Of a stretch of DNA of 64,000 bases, positions 52,178-64,000 are shown in pieces. A model generated the notes under the pieces. It saw nothing but the letters and a program-made list of their open reading frames with translations, was not told the origin of the DNA and made no database searches. This DNA comes from Mizuhopecten yessoensis (taxonomy: Eukaryota). The position numbers were made by a program, and so were the translations under genes. The number at the start of each line of letters is the position of its first letter. The first letter of the stretch is position 1. The stretch spans positions 374,740 to 438,739 of the forward strand of contig NW_018404512.1 in the NCBI RefSeq assembly GCF_002113885.1, written 5' to 3'.

Positions 52178-55100
52178 TCAGAACAGGTCCGCAATGCCTT
52201 CCTCAAAGAAACGTTTGTAGATGGCCATGAACTTGGCCACAAATGCCTCTAGATGGTAGATGGCCTTCTGCCCAGTCTGTAGTCTGTGTTCATAGTATGC
52301 TGCAGATTGCACTACTTCCAATTTAAGTTCTCCATCACAATTCTTCACCAGCTCTTGTAGTAGGCCCTGAAATCACACATCAATAGAACTGAAGACCTGG
52401 ATAAGGTGATGAATCAAACAATAATGATGTCAATGAGTAAGTTAAGTGCTATTTATTATAAATGAGTGCAGCGTGAGGTGATATGAACATTCTAAATGAA
52501 ATATGTCTCAAAGACAACTTCAAATTAGTGTACAACCTAAACAGTAGAATGGTAAACATACAATTTCAACTTACAGCAAAATATGTGATCCATCAAGTTT
52601 GATTACTTCACTATCCTTGTAGGTTTTGTTTTAGCCTATATGTGATACAGGTATATAGAAGACAAGACAACAGTGACACTATTCAGTATTCTAAGGGGAA
52701 TAACTGATGTCAAAAGAGATCTGGTTTATACACAGAAAACAGTGTAAGTGCCAGGATGTCAGTTAACCCGTAGAACATGAACTATCTGATAGGAAGCATC
52801 TTTCCTTAGCTTACCCTCATTATAACGTCAGCTGGTATACAGTGTGTGATCAGTTCATACAGACGTGCCCGCACCTCCAGTAATCTGGTAACAATAATTG
52901 AAGATACAAAATTATAGACAGGTAACACCTCTCAGCATACTCAGCGTACTCAGCATACTCAGCATACTCAGCTCAGCATACTCAGCATACTCAGCGTACT
53001 CAGCGTACTCAGCATACTCAGCATACTCAGCGTACTCAGCATACTCAGCATACTCAGCGTACTCAGTAACTCGACACAACACAAACTTAGTCTACTGAAG
53101 CTTTCTCTGCTTTCATATTTATCACCTCAATTTGAAGTAATTTCACAACTTCAAGATAAACATATCATCTTTATACTATTTTATACCATCTACCAGTAAC
53201 ATGACAATTCCTTATTACAGGTTGTCAGTTTAGAGTAATCGAAAAGAGAACAACTTCAGCATGGATTTTTCCATTTTGGACTGGTTTTTTTGAGGGAGAA
53301 AAAGAATGTCTGCTTACGACAGGTGACATTGTGAACCATTTTAAATGTTAATGAGCGCACACACAGAAGATTGTTTTCAAAATATTGTTCTACATAATTT
53401 TAATGGTATTCCTCTGGGCAAAAACAATCGGAATAACATTTGTCATTGACCGGTGATCTTGAAGATCATGAGACCTGGAATTTGATTGGAAGATAGGGTA
53501 ATTTCCATATCCTGAGCACACAGATAAAGGCGGAACACCAATGCTTATGATGATAAAATTGTTCTCCAAACAAACCCTATAAATACCTTTATCTTTTACA
53601 CATGAAAATTTAAAAAAAAAGAGCTCTGTTTCCCATATCTGCTTTACCAGCATTTACTGCTTCATTGGAATCAACAACTCAAGTAGGTTTGAGGTGACTG
53701 ATTGAGAGGTGACTGTGATAATTTTTAGTGTCTTACCTTTTTGGTGACTGTTGCTCGACAATGAGATTTGCCGTCTCTTTCAGATACAGTTCCCAATCAG
53801 GCTCTGTCACTTCCTGGTCAGGTCGGAAAGGGTACCTTTAAGTATATCATAGGGTCTCACTTTAGTTACACATAAGACAAGATACACCTGATCATTAGCT
53901 ACATGTTCGGACTACATTGGAGTTATAGACTTGCACATATACGTTACTGTAAGCTGCACCTGTGTTACATGTGACTTACTGTTGACCTCGACCTGTGTTA
54001 CATGTGACTTATTGTTGACCTCCACCTGTGTTACACAAGACTAACTGTTAACCTCCACCTGTGTTACATGTGACTTATTGTTGAGCTCCACCTGTGTTAC
54101 ACAAGACTTACTGTTAACCTCCACCTGTGTTACATGTGACTGACTGTTGACCTCCACCTGTGTTACACAAGACTAACTGTTAACCTCCACCTGTGTTACA
54201 TGTGACTTATTGTTGAGCTCCACCTCTGTTACACAAGACTTACTGTTAACCTCCACCTGAGTTACATGTGACTTATTGTTGAGCTCCACCTGTGTTACAC
54301 AAGACTTACTGTTAACCTCCACCTGTGTTACATGTGACTTACTGTTGACCTCCACCTGTGTTACACAAGACTTACTGTTGACCTCCACCTGTGTTACATG
54401 TGACTTACTGTTGACCTCCACCTGTGTTACACGAGACTTACTGTTGACCTCCACCTGTGTTACACAAGACTTACTGTTGACCTCCACCTGTGTTACATGT
54501 GACTTACTGTTGACCTCCACCTGTGTTACACAAGACTTACTGTTGACCTCCACCTGTGTTACACAAGACTTACTGTTGACCTCCACCTGTGTTACAGGAG
54601 ACTTACTGTTGACCTCCACCTGTGTTACACAAGACTTACTGTTGACCTCCCCCTGTGTTACATGTGACTTACTGTTGACCTCCATCTGTGTTACACAAGA
54701 CTTACTGTTAACCTCCACCTGAGTTACATGTGACATATTGTTGAGCTCCACCTGTGTTACACAAGACTAACTGTTGACCTCCACCTGTGTTACATGTGAC
54801 TTATTGTTGAGCTCCACCTGTGTTACACAAGACTTACTGTTAACCTCCGCCTGTGTTACATGTGACTGACTGTTGACCTCCACCTGTGTTACACAAGACT
54901 AACTGTTGACCTCCACCTGTGTTACACAAGACTTACTGTTGACCTCCACCTGTGTTACATGTGACTTACTGTTAACCTCCACCTGACTTACATGTGACTG
55001 ACTGTTGACCTCCACCTGTGTTACAGGAGACTTACTGTTGACCTCCTCCTGTGTTACACGAGACTTACTGTTGACCTCCACCTATGTTACATGTGACTTA

Positions 55101-58100
55101 CTGTTAACCTCCACCTGACTTACATGTGACTGACTGTTGACCTCCACCTGTGTTACAGGAGACTTACTGTTGACCTCAACCTGTGTTACATGTGACTTAC
55201 TGTTAACCTCCACCTGTGTTACATGTGACTTACTGTTGACATCCACCTGTGTTACATGTGACTTACTGTTGACCTCGACCTGTGTTACATGTGACTTATT
55301 GTTGACCTCCACCTGTGTTACATGTGACTTATTGTTGAGCTCCACCTGTGTTACACAAGACTTACTGTTAACCTCCACCTGTGGTACATGTGACTTATTG
55401 TTGACCTCCACCTGTGTTACATGTGACTGATTGTTGACCTCCACCTGTGTTACATGTGACTGATTGTTGACCTCCACCTGTGTTACATGTGACTGACTGT
55501 TGACCTCCACCTGAACTGTTAACCTCCACCTGTGTTACATGTGACTTACTGATGACCTCCACCTGTGTTACATGTGACTTACTGTGGACCTCTACCTATG
55601 TTACATGTGACTTATTGTTCAATTACATCTGAGTTACAGGTTACTTACTGTTGACCTCCACCTGTGTTACATGTGACTTACTGTTGACCTCGACCTGTGT
55701 TACATGTGACTTATTGTTGACCTCCACCCGTGTTACATGTGACTTACTGTGGACCTCCACCTGTGGTACATGTGACTTATTGTTCACCTCCACCTGTGTT
55801 ACATGTGACTTACTGTTGACATCCACCTGTGTTACATGTGACTTACTGTTGACCTCCACCTGTGTTACATGAGACTTACTGTTGACCTCCACCTGTGTTA
55901 CAGGAGACTTACTGATAACCTCCACCTGTGTTACAGAAGACTTACTGTTGACCTCCACCTGTGTTACAGGAGACTTACTGTTGACCTCAACCTGTGTTAC
56001 ATGTGACTTACTGTTAACCTCCACCTGTGTTACAGGAGACTTACTGTTGCCCTCCACCTGTGTTACAGGAGACTTACTGTTGACCTCAACCTGTGTTACA
56101 TGTGACTTACTGTTACCCTCCACCTGTGTTACATGTGACTTACTGTTGACCTCGACCTGTGTTACATGTGACTTATTGTTGACCTCCACCTGTGTTACAT
56201 GTGACTTACTGTTGACATCCACCTGTGTTACATGTGACTTACTGTTGACCTCGACCTGTGTTACATGTGACTTATTGTTGACCTCCACCCGTGTTACATG
56301 TGACTTACTGTGGACCTCCACCTGTGTTACATGTGACTTATTGTTCAATTACATCTGAGTTACAGGTTACTTACTGTTGACCTCCACCTGTGTTACATGT
56401 GACTTATTGTTCAATTACATCTGAGTTACAGGTTACTTACTGTTGACCTCCGCCTGTGTTACATGTGACTTATTGTTGACCTCCACCTGTGTTACATGTG
56501 ACTTATTGTTCAATTACATCTGAGTTACAGGTTACTTACTGTTGACCTCCACCTGTGTTACATGTGACTTACTGTGGACCTCCACCTGTGTTACATGTGA
56601 CTTATTGTTCAATTACATCTGAGTTACAGGTTACTTATTGTTGACCTCCACCTGAGTTACATGTGAGGTATTCTTGAAATTCATCTTCATTACATGCTAT
56701 TTATTCTTGAAATTAATCTCAGTAATATGTTACTTACTGTTGAACTCTGCAAGCCTCACACATCAGCAGGGCACGACGCAGGTTTCTGTTACTTTTTTTA
56801 GCAATTTTTGTAGCTAGCTCCAGCGGCAAGCTTAGTCCCTCTTTCTTACAAACACTCTGAAGGATCTGACCTATCTGGAATAGAGAAAGAATACATGGTA
56901 AGTATGTTGACAAAAGATTGCATTATTTCACAATGCTAATGAATGCATTCATTTTGATTTACATGTATTTACCTGTTCTACAGAGGGAGTTTATGCACTG
57001 ATCTTCACACATTTTTTAATTATCTGTTGTTCTATATACAGGGTGTTGTCAACCCTTCATCCACTAGCTACATCCAGATTGATATTTACCTGTTCTATAC
57101 AAGGTGTTGTCACCCCTTCATCCACTAGTATAGCTACATCCAGACTGATATTTACCTGTTCTTTACAGGGTGTTGTCACCCCTTCATCCACTAGCTACAT
57201 CCAGACTGATATTTACCTGTTCTATACAGGGTGTTGTCACCCTTTTATCCACTAGCTACATCCAGACTGATATTTACCTGTTCTATCGAGGGAGCTGCCA
57301 CCCTGACCCCTAGGCACCTGCTGCGGATGGCGGGGATAACCTTGGAGGTAGAGTTACAACAGAGAATCAGGCGACAGGTAGCCATATACTTCTCCATAGT
57401 TCTGCGCAGGGCATGTTGGGCGTCCACACTGAGACGGTCAACTTCTGTCAGAATGACCACTACAGTACAAATAAAGGACCACTTTTACTATACAAACAAC
57501 ACAAAGGTCAATGACATCATTGAAATTCTAAGATGAATACACAAGGAGTTTTCTGAAAGTGATTCCCTTTAGATCTTTAGAAAGTCTTGACAGCTACACA
57601 GTGATATGTATTGCTTAGTTTTACAGAAAAATACAGGCTGTTCCCTAACAATAACGTGTTTTCCCAAAATGAAGAAAAAAATAACAAATTTTGTCCCAAT
57701 TTCAATAAAAAATAATGCCATATTTAGCAAATTTATGTAGGAACAGTGCAAATGTCCATTCAGCTTGTATTACACTTAGTAAGATCAGAAATTTGAACTA
57801 AAATGAGCTTGTTTGTCCATGTAATATTGATGAGACTTACCTTTAAAGCTTTTCTGTGATGAAGTCTCAAGCTGGTTTGTCTGTGCTACAGTTTTAATGA
57901 GCTCCTGTATGACTACTCTGTCATTGTTTCCTACATCACTGTAAATACAGCACACAATAATACCAGACATGTAATCTCAAAAATAGACACGCCATACATT
58001 ATATGATACATTATATACATAGACTTGTTATGCCCCTTCCAACTATTTGTTAATAACTAGTACTACTGGGCCCACTTAAATAAAACATCTACACTTTTGA

Positions 58101-61100
58101 GATTTCCTCAAGTCTAAGATTTCCAATAGGCAATACATTGCTTGAGATTTTCCTTAACTTTGAGATGTTTTATACAAGTGGGCCCTGGCCTTGCATTGAC
58201 CTCTACAAGTGATACAATATAGATTTCTGACCCCTACCACTATGGGCTATAAAGCCACTGACCTTGGGTTGACCTCGATGTGGTAGTTACTAGAGATTGT
58301 AGATATGTCCATCTTTTTTTTACTGGGTGTGGTGAAGTTGTGTTGCTCTATGCGTAACTTTTCAACCCCTGACCCATACAGCTCGCGCAGGAGGCACATG
58401 ATCCGTGTCTTCTTGCCCACCCCAGAGGGTCCATACACAATCAGGTGTGGGAAATCCCCACTGTTTACCTGTAATGTGAAATGGTTGCAAATTTATGACT
58501 TTAATCATACATATACAAATTTGTACATTGTCACTGATATCTATTCATTGAAATGGTCAAGTGGTCAAAATAATGTTTCTTGTTTTCATGAAAACAACTG
58601 TCATTTAATTATATATATAAATCAAACTACATATTGTTGGAGGACCTGTTTCGATGCTGTTCAATGTACCTGCTTGTGCCCTGACCTTTAGTGCATCAGT
58701 GTACGGGTAATTGTGAAAGTAAACACTTAGTAATTAATGCCTGTGAAGATCAAAGCTGAAAGGAATAATAGATTTTGGTATTCAAATACACATTTTTTTG
58801 TATTCAAATATTCTACTGGAAATTTTCACAATCTTAATACTGTGGATATTTTTCATACATGATGTGAACATGTTTTAAAATTTGAGCAATTAATATCACG
58901 TCCTAATACATTTGAAACTAAAGTGTTAGAAATATCAGTGGTGTGACTTAAGATTTAAAAGGTTCCTAAAGATTTTTACATCTCATATATCAAACAGAAC
59001 ATATCGGTCTGTTATCTGGAGTGACCATAGTCATTTAATGAAACAGGAACTCAGACAATTTTTCAAATATCAAATTGAAATTTGGTATACAGGTGTATTA
59101 TATTCATGAATAACATATTTTTGATGTCGCTTAAAAGGAATAAAGTGTGTGAAGAGACTAAAACCGCTTTGCTCAATTACTCTTTCACGAAGCATTAATT
59201 TAATTCAGACACACCTGTTATGATCATTACACACCCTGCAGTAACTAGGAGAACAATTTACCACAGAATCAATGTAGATTTTGAGTTTGTGCAAGTTTGC
59301 GCGAGTTTGGACTTGGATGAGGAAGTTTCGAGGAAGCTTGGTAATGGCCAAAATGAGTTAGTCTCCTTCCCTGTGAGGGAGGTTTGACAGCTATGCGACT
59401 GAGTTTCGTATTAATGTTCAGTTGAGTAAATGAAATTAAATGACAATTTCACTTCAGACCTTAGAGTTAGACACTGATTACCAGATATGCTAACTCAGTA
59501 ACTGTAATCAGCTTTACATAGTTCCAGATGTTTTTAAAATTTTAAATGATATTTCTCTATCAATTTTACAAAAGCTTGTGGAGAGGAAATAAGTTTTTTA
59601 CAACCTGAGACAAGATAACCTGGTAAAGATCCCAAAGGTAAACACCTCCACATATGGTAAGAGATCTTTTCGTTTTGCTGCTTCCCAGGTGTGGAACAGC
59701 CTACCAAATGAACTTCGATAAGCTGAAAACTATAGGTCATTTTGTGGGCTGCTTCGCACCTGGAACAAAAATGTCTGCTTATGTGCTATCTGCACACACC
59801 ATATTGTGTGAGTTGTCCCCCTTTGGAATCTACCAAATGTTTTCTACTTCAACTCTTTAATTTCACTGTTGCTTTTGTTATTTAATTTAATATACTTCAG
59901 TACTATCAGGCGCGTATCTGCAGGGCTGTTTTGTATGTGCATGCAGAAAGTCGCACCAAAGGTGCGAAGGCATTGTAGGGGGGTACGGAGGCATGCCCCC
60001 CAGATGTTTTTTTATCGTGCCATCTGGTGGCTTTTTAGATACATATTTGAGTGTTTTAATTTAATTTACAGACAACATTTTTTGGTTGATTCATTCACTT
60101 TATTATTGGAAAGCATCGCAAAAATTCAAATGTATTTCAAATGCGAAATACAGCTCTCTTTTTTCTCCTTTTTCTCTCCGACAAAATTGTGTCGATTGTT
60201 GGAATTACCCGAAAATATCCGTTCCGTCGTATCTCTTTCCTGATGAATCTAAATTAACTAGATATTTGAAATGTCGGAGGCAATATGAACAGATTAATTT
60301 CAGATTTTTTGCTGTTGTCCCCCAAACCCTTTTTATATCATCAACATTTCTCAGAACATTAGATGACGGTAGCTCCTATATCGATGTTTAGATATATGTA
60401 TACATATATATCCAGTAGCCCTACTGAATAAAGGACTAGGACTACTCTTAAAAAAATACTTTATCAGTTCATGACAGGGACAAATGAAGGCCTATATAAT
60501 GTCACAGATTAGCAAAAGCTACATATACGTGGCTTTTTTTCTGACTTTGGGGCTTTGCCTTTTTCATATTACATTTGCAGGCGAAGTGAATGTAAAACTC
60601 AGATGGATCCTATACGCCCATATATCCGCCCTAAAATCTTTAACAACAATGCTAGTAACAAATCAATCTACAATTGTTATTCAGAAGACCTTTAATTGGT
60701 GAAAAAAAATACACAAAACTACATCCTTTCCGGAAAAACAACCTGCCTCCGTTGACCTAGTTGTATTTCATGACAATCGCTTGTTAAAATGTTGCCGTGT
60801 ATGGAATTTGAACTCGTGAGCTTTTCCCCATCTTTTTGACAGGATATCGATATCCACCTTCACTTTTAGTAAGACGAATAACGGCCTCGCTTGTATTCCA
60901 GATATCACAGGTAACAACAGTCAGACTGATCAGAACTGTGTTCGGTCGGTCCGGCATTACTAGGCCCTAATACTAATAGCCATTTTAGACTCGTCGATGC
61001 CAAAGTTAATGTCGCAAGTGGATGTTGTTTCATGTGAACCTACAGGTGCTTGGAAGAAGTCATGTATAAACTTGTTTTTCAAAGATGATGCAGGTTTTCC

Positions 61101-61977
61101 GTTGGCTTTGCAGTCATATTTCCGATGTTGACAACTTTAAAAATACTAATAATAAAATCGGCACCAGGTACCCTATAGGTTGGAACTTCCGGATACGTTG
61201 TATTGATTGTCGGCTGTCGGTTATTCAGTTAAATTTAATATATTTTTCAAATGAACCACACATCATTTAATTGACACAAATAAATAAAAATATAATAGTA
61301 TATTTGAATTTTTGATGTGCCTGCAACTGCTTATTTGCTTATGTGGCAGCTACGCACCTGACTATACTTATTATATATTTGATATTTATTTTAGACCCGA
61401 GCTGCATTATTTAAAAGATCATAACTTTTTACAATATCATAATTATAGCTGTTTCAATCTATGACTTCATTGTCTCTTTTTAATTCACACTATATTAGTG
61501 TATATCCTGTAAATTTTTACACTTTGTTTCATTAGCATGTATGTACATTACACTATGATAGTGTCTTAACTTGTGTGACTTTCAAGTGTTCACTATTAAA
61601 TTGTTTTGCAAAAATGTGATTTCATATACTGTATATTTTTGGCATATCTAATTTGAATTGTTGTCTTGTTTTTATATATTCATAAGTACTATGATCCTTG
61701 TTAAATTTTACATATGTTATGTTGCAAGAATAGCACTACAGTGCCAATGTTATTATGTTACATGTATATGCGACTTTGAATAAAGCTTCTGGACTATTGA
61801 CAATGCATTTCAATGGGTCTTTCAAAATGGTAGTAACTTTCAATTCATACATATCACGACGTAAAATATACCTGATTGCGTTATACAAACCAGCTTTTTT
61901 AAATGGGCCGCTTGCTCCTTGTGAAAGTCAAGCTTGTTAAGAGAATTAGGACGATGTTTATCAACCCAAAGACTCAT
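52178..61977 (-). CDS. RFC3: Replication factor C subunit 3, 8 exons, 355 aa
   Basis: Exons 61891-61977, 58263-58468, 57841-57938, 57278-57459, 56738-56874, 53737-53835, 52815-52884 and 52178-52366 (1068 nt, GT-AG). MSLWVDKHRP, DFPHLIVYGPSGVGKKTRI, DAQHALRRTMEKY, IRSRCL, RNLRRALL, YHLEAFVAKFM. Confidence 0.97.
52931..53066. repeat. 9-bp tandem repeat (tactcagcR), about 15 copies
   Basis: Direct reading; lies in RFC3 intron 6. Confidence 0.9.
53955..56745. repeat. 33-bp minisatellite filling RFC3 intron 5, about 80 copies
   Basis: Unit acttactgttgacctccacctgtgttacatgtg. Confidence 0.95.
56965..57287. repeat. 61-bp tandem repeat overlapping the RFC3 exon 4 donor
   Basis: tatttacctgttct recurs at 57271 (real donor), 57210, 57149, 57083 and, degenerate, at 56966. 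Confidence 0.88.
58066..58187. mobile_element. Small MITE with about 25-bp imperfect TIRs
   Basis: ctgggcccacttaaataaaacatct ... agatgttttatacaagtgggccctg. Confidence 0.6.
59490..59800 (+). mobile_element. CR1/L2-type LINE ORF2 3' end remnant in RFC3 intron 1
   Basis: Translates to YNLRQDNLVKIPKVNTSTYGKRSFRFAASQVWNSLPNELR, the typical C-terminal motif. Confidence 0.75.
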
Positions 61978-62014
61978 CGTGATGTTGTGGCGGGCAGTAT
62001 TGCTTCGATTGCAA

Positions 62015-62025
62015 TTTCGCGGGAA
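62015..62025. promoter_or_regulatory. E2F-like site upstream of RFC3
   Basis: TTTCGCGGGAA about 38 bp upstream of the RFC3 ATG. Confidence 0.5.
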
Positions 62026-63152
62026 GATCGGAATCTATTAAACGTTTGGGTGGAAGCCTAAAAACCCAAAGTATTACTCAAGCGTTGTGGTGACTACGGA
62101 CACCTAGGGCCTGTTCGTATGGATTTGTTCTTTTCTGAGCTATAGGCTAACGTAGCTTTATTGTTACACGTCGTCAAATAAGAAGTGTTTTGTATACATT
62201 TTAAGTATTGAAAGTGAAAGTTTTCTCAAGACAAACTAGATACAAAAATTGATTTTGCTAAAAGGAAATTTTAAAAGTTCTTAAATTTAGAGTCTAACAG
62301 TAGGCCTACCTGCAGGTAGATTCATGTACACCCCAAAACCACCGATAAGACCACAAAAAACCACAGACGACACTTAAATAATATTCAGTTAATATTATGA
62401 TGTAGTAACATGATTTTCGGCATCAACTGTCAATTCCTTCAATTCGAAATTACGAGAGTATGGTATATGTGTTACCTCCCTTGCATCGCGATGTTACGGA
62501 TGAAAACTAAAACTAATTACAGTCAGATTATTTGATCATAACCATTTATTTTGGTAATCAAATTTTAACACATATATATACATAGATTACAAATACAACG
62601 ATGAAAATAAGATTGTTAAAATATGTGAAAATACATTTGCAGTACATAAAACATGAAATTGTCATAAAAGAATTGTTGAAATAAATATTATTTGAACAAG
62701 TTGTCAGAATTTTAAACAATCAGTTGATAAAATAAAACAATTTTATATGGAAGTGTGTAATGAAAACGTTATGATAAAAATAAAACGAAATCAACAAGTA
62801 TAATATAAAATGAAAAAAATAAACCAAATTAAGCGGATCTGGTTTACTTATCCCAAGAGATATCTTCGTAAATAATGGAAAAAATATATATCCTAAATAC
62901 TTGGAATTTAAACAACACTATAAAATAACCTAAGGAAAATGGGGGATGAAGAATTTATGACATTAAATATAATTAAACTAATGAATGACACAACATGTCC
63001 ATTTGCGAAAAGCAATATCTGAAGAGATAGCGGATCATGTTGTGATTCACCTATACAATAATCTATTAATATGTAGCATAAGAGAAATGGGGGAAATGAA
63101 ATGAAGACGTAACACAAAATTCCCTGTACAGTAGATACTTGTGACCCAATAC

Positions 63153-63770
63153 TCATGGAACTGGCCTATTGGTAGTTTTTACTGTTCTTGATCTTTCAGA
63201 TTTTTGTCTTTTCCTTTGACGTGGCTTTTTGCCACAGTTTTGCTTCGGTTTTGGGCACAATAAGTCTGTGCCTGAAGCCTTAGCAAAGTTGCTTTCGCGG
63301 GTAATATTCTTTCTTTTGGCCAAAAAGGTCCTGAAATATGCGTCTTTTTCTCTTTGTGTTTTTTTTCTCTCTCCAAATTTCCTGGTCCACCTCAAATGAT
63401 GTAGTTTTGCCTTCTAGCCTAAAGTTGCCAGTTCCATGTAATGCCCGTCTTAAATCAAGTATCTGCATTTGAGACACTAAGGCCATTTTTTCAACTAGCT
63501 GAGGTAATTTATGCTGTTTGAAATTGGCAACCTGTTTCAATCTGTTATTAATTGACTCCGAATTGTTGTTGGTCCAAAGAGCATTGGCTTTCTTTTCCCG
63601 AAGAGGTGCCATGACATATGCTTTGATTTTGCATTAAAGAAACTTTAACCAATAATGCTGAAACTTTGGATTTTTTTCAAAATATTGTTCAAGCTCTGCT
63701 TTTCTTGATTCATACTCAAGATCATCTTTGCTGAAAACGATTCCGTCTTCGCCAAAGACGATGTTGATTA
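63153..63770 (-). pseudogene. Mutator/MULE-like transposase C-terminal remnant
   Basis: IVFGEDGIV...WTNNNSESINNRLKQ...LPQLVEK..Q..DLRRALHGTGNFRL, with a basic GKKPRQRKR tail. One in-frame stop (about 63633) and a frameshift (about 63365). Confidence 0.6.
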
Positions 63771-63776
63771 TTCAAT

Positions 63777-64000
63777 TTATTCAAATATACATCAATGTTC
63801 ATATATACTTCCCGTTATACTTAGCAATATATTCAAATAGACATCAATGTTCATATATATATACGTCCGGTTATACTTAGCAATTTATTCAAATATACAT
63901 CAATGTTCATATATACGTCCCGTTATACTTAGCAATTTATTCAAATAGACATCAATGTTCATATATATATACGTCCCGTTATATTTAGCAATTTATTCAA
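63777..64000. repeat. 52-56-bp tandem repeat with a variable (TA)n core
   Basis: ttattcaaata.acatcaatgttca(ta)ncgtcccgttatacttagcaat, 4 or more copies running to the window end. Confidence 0.88.

Noticed and set aside
54173-56358. VTQVEVNSKSH and TSTCVTCDLLL ORFs
   Set aside because: Lie inside RFC3 intron 5, and RFC3 is full length without them.
6500-56745. Arrays as CRISPR loci
   Set aside because: Units are contiguous with no unique spacers, there are no cas genes, and the context is eukaryotic.
11219-56745. Minisatellite periods being multiples of three
   Set aside because: As many arrays have periods of 23, 52, 56, 61 or 65, so there is no evident bias.

Overview
Eukaryotic, AT-rich, intron-containing genomic DNA, most likely from an invertebrate such as a bivalve mollusc (inferred from repeat families and gene content). 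Five host protein-coding genes are supported: an NHL/beta-propeller protein (-), intronless FAM181 (+), a 7-exon type II thioesterase/OLAH-like gene (-), a 10-exon DELE1 (+, head-to-head with the thioesterase, one GC-AG intron) and an 8-exon RFC3 (-). Mobile DNA includes an internally deleted PIF/Harbinger element with intact TIRs, a decayed RTE LINE, a CR1/L2 3' fragment, a MULE-like transposase remnant, Helentron-type non-autonomous elements and small MITEs. About a dozen minisatellites are present, and most long ORFs in the track that lie in them are artefacts. The most striking pattern is that four unrelated intronic minisatellites, two in OLAH and two in RFC3, are each built from the 3' end of the upstream exon plus its splice donor. 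This creates tandem arrays of up to about 80 copies of the donor region. A 23-bp array with five inverted blocks is also notable. All exon models and counts were read by eye.
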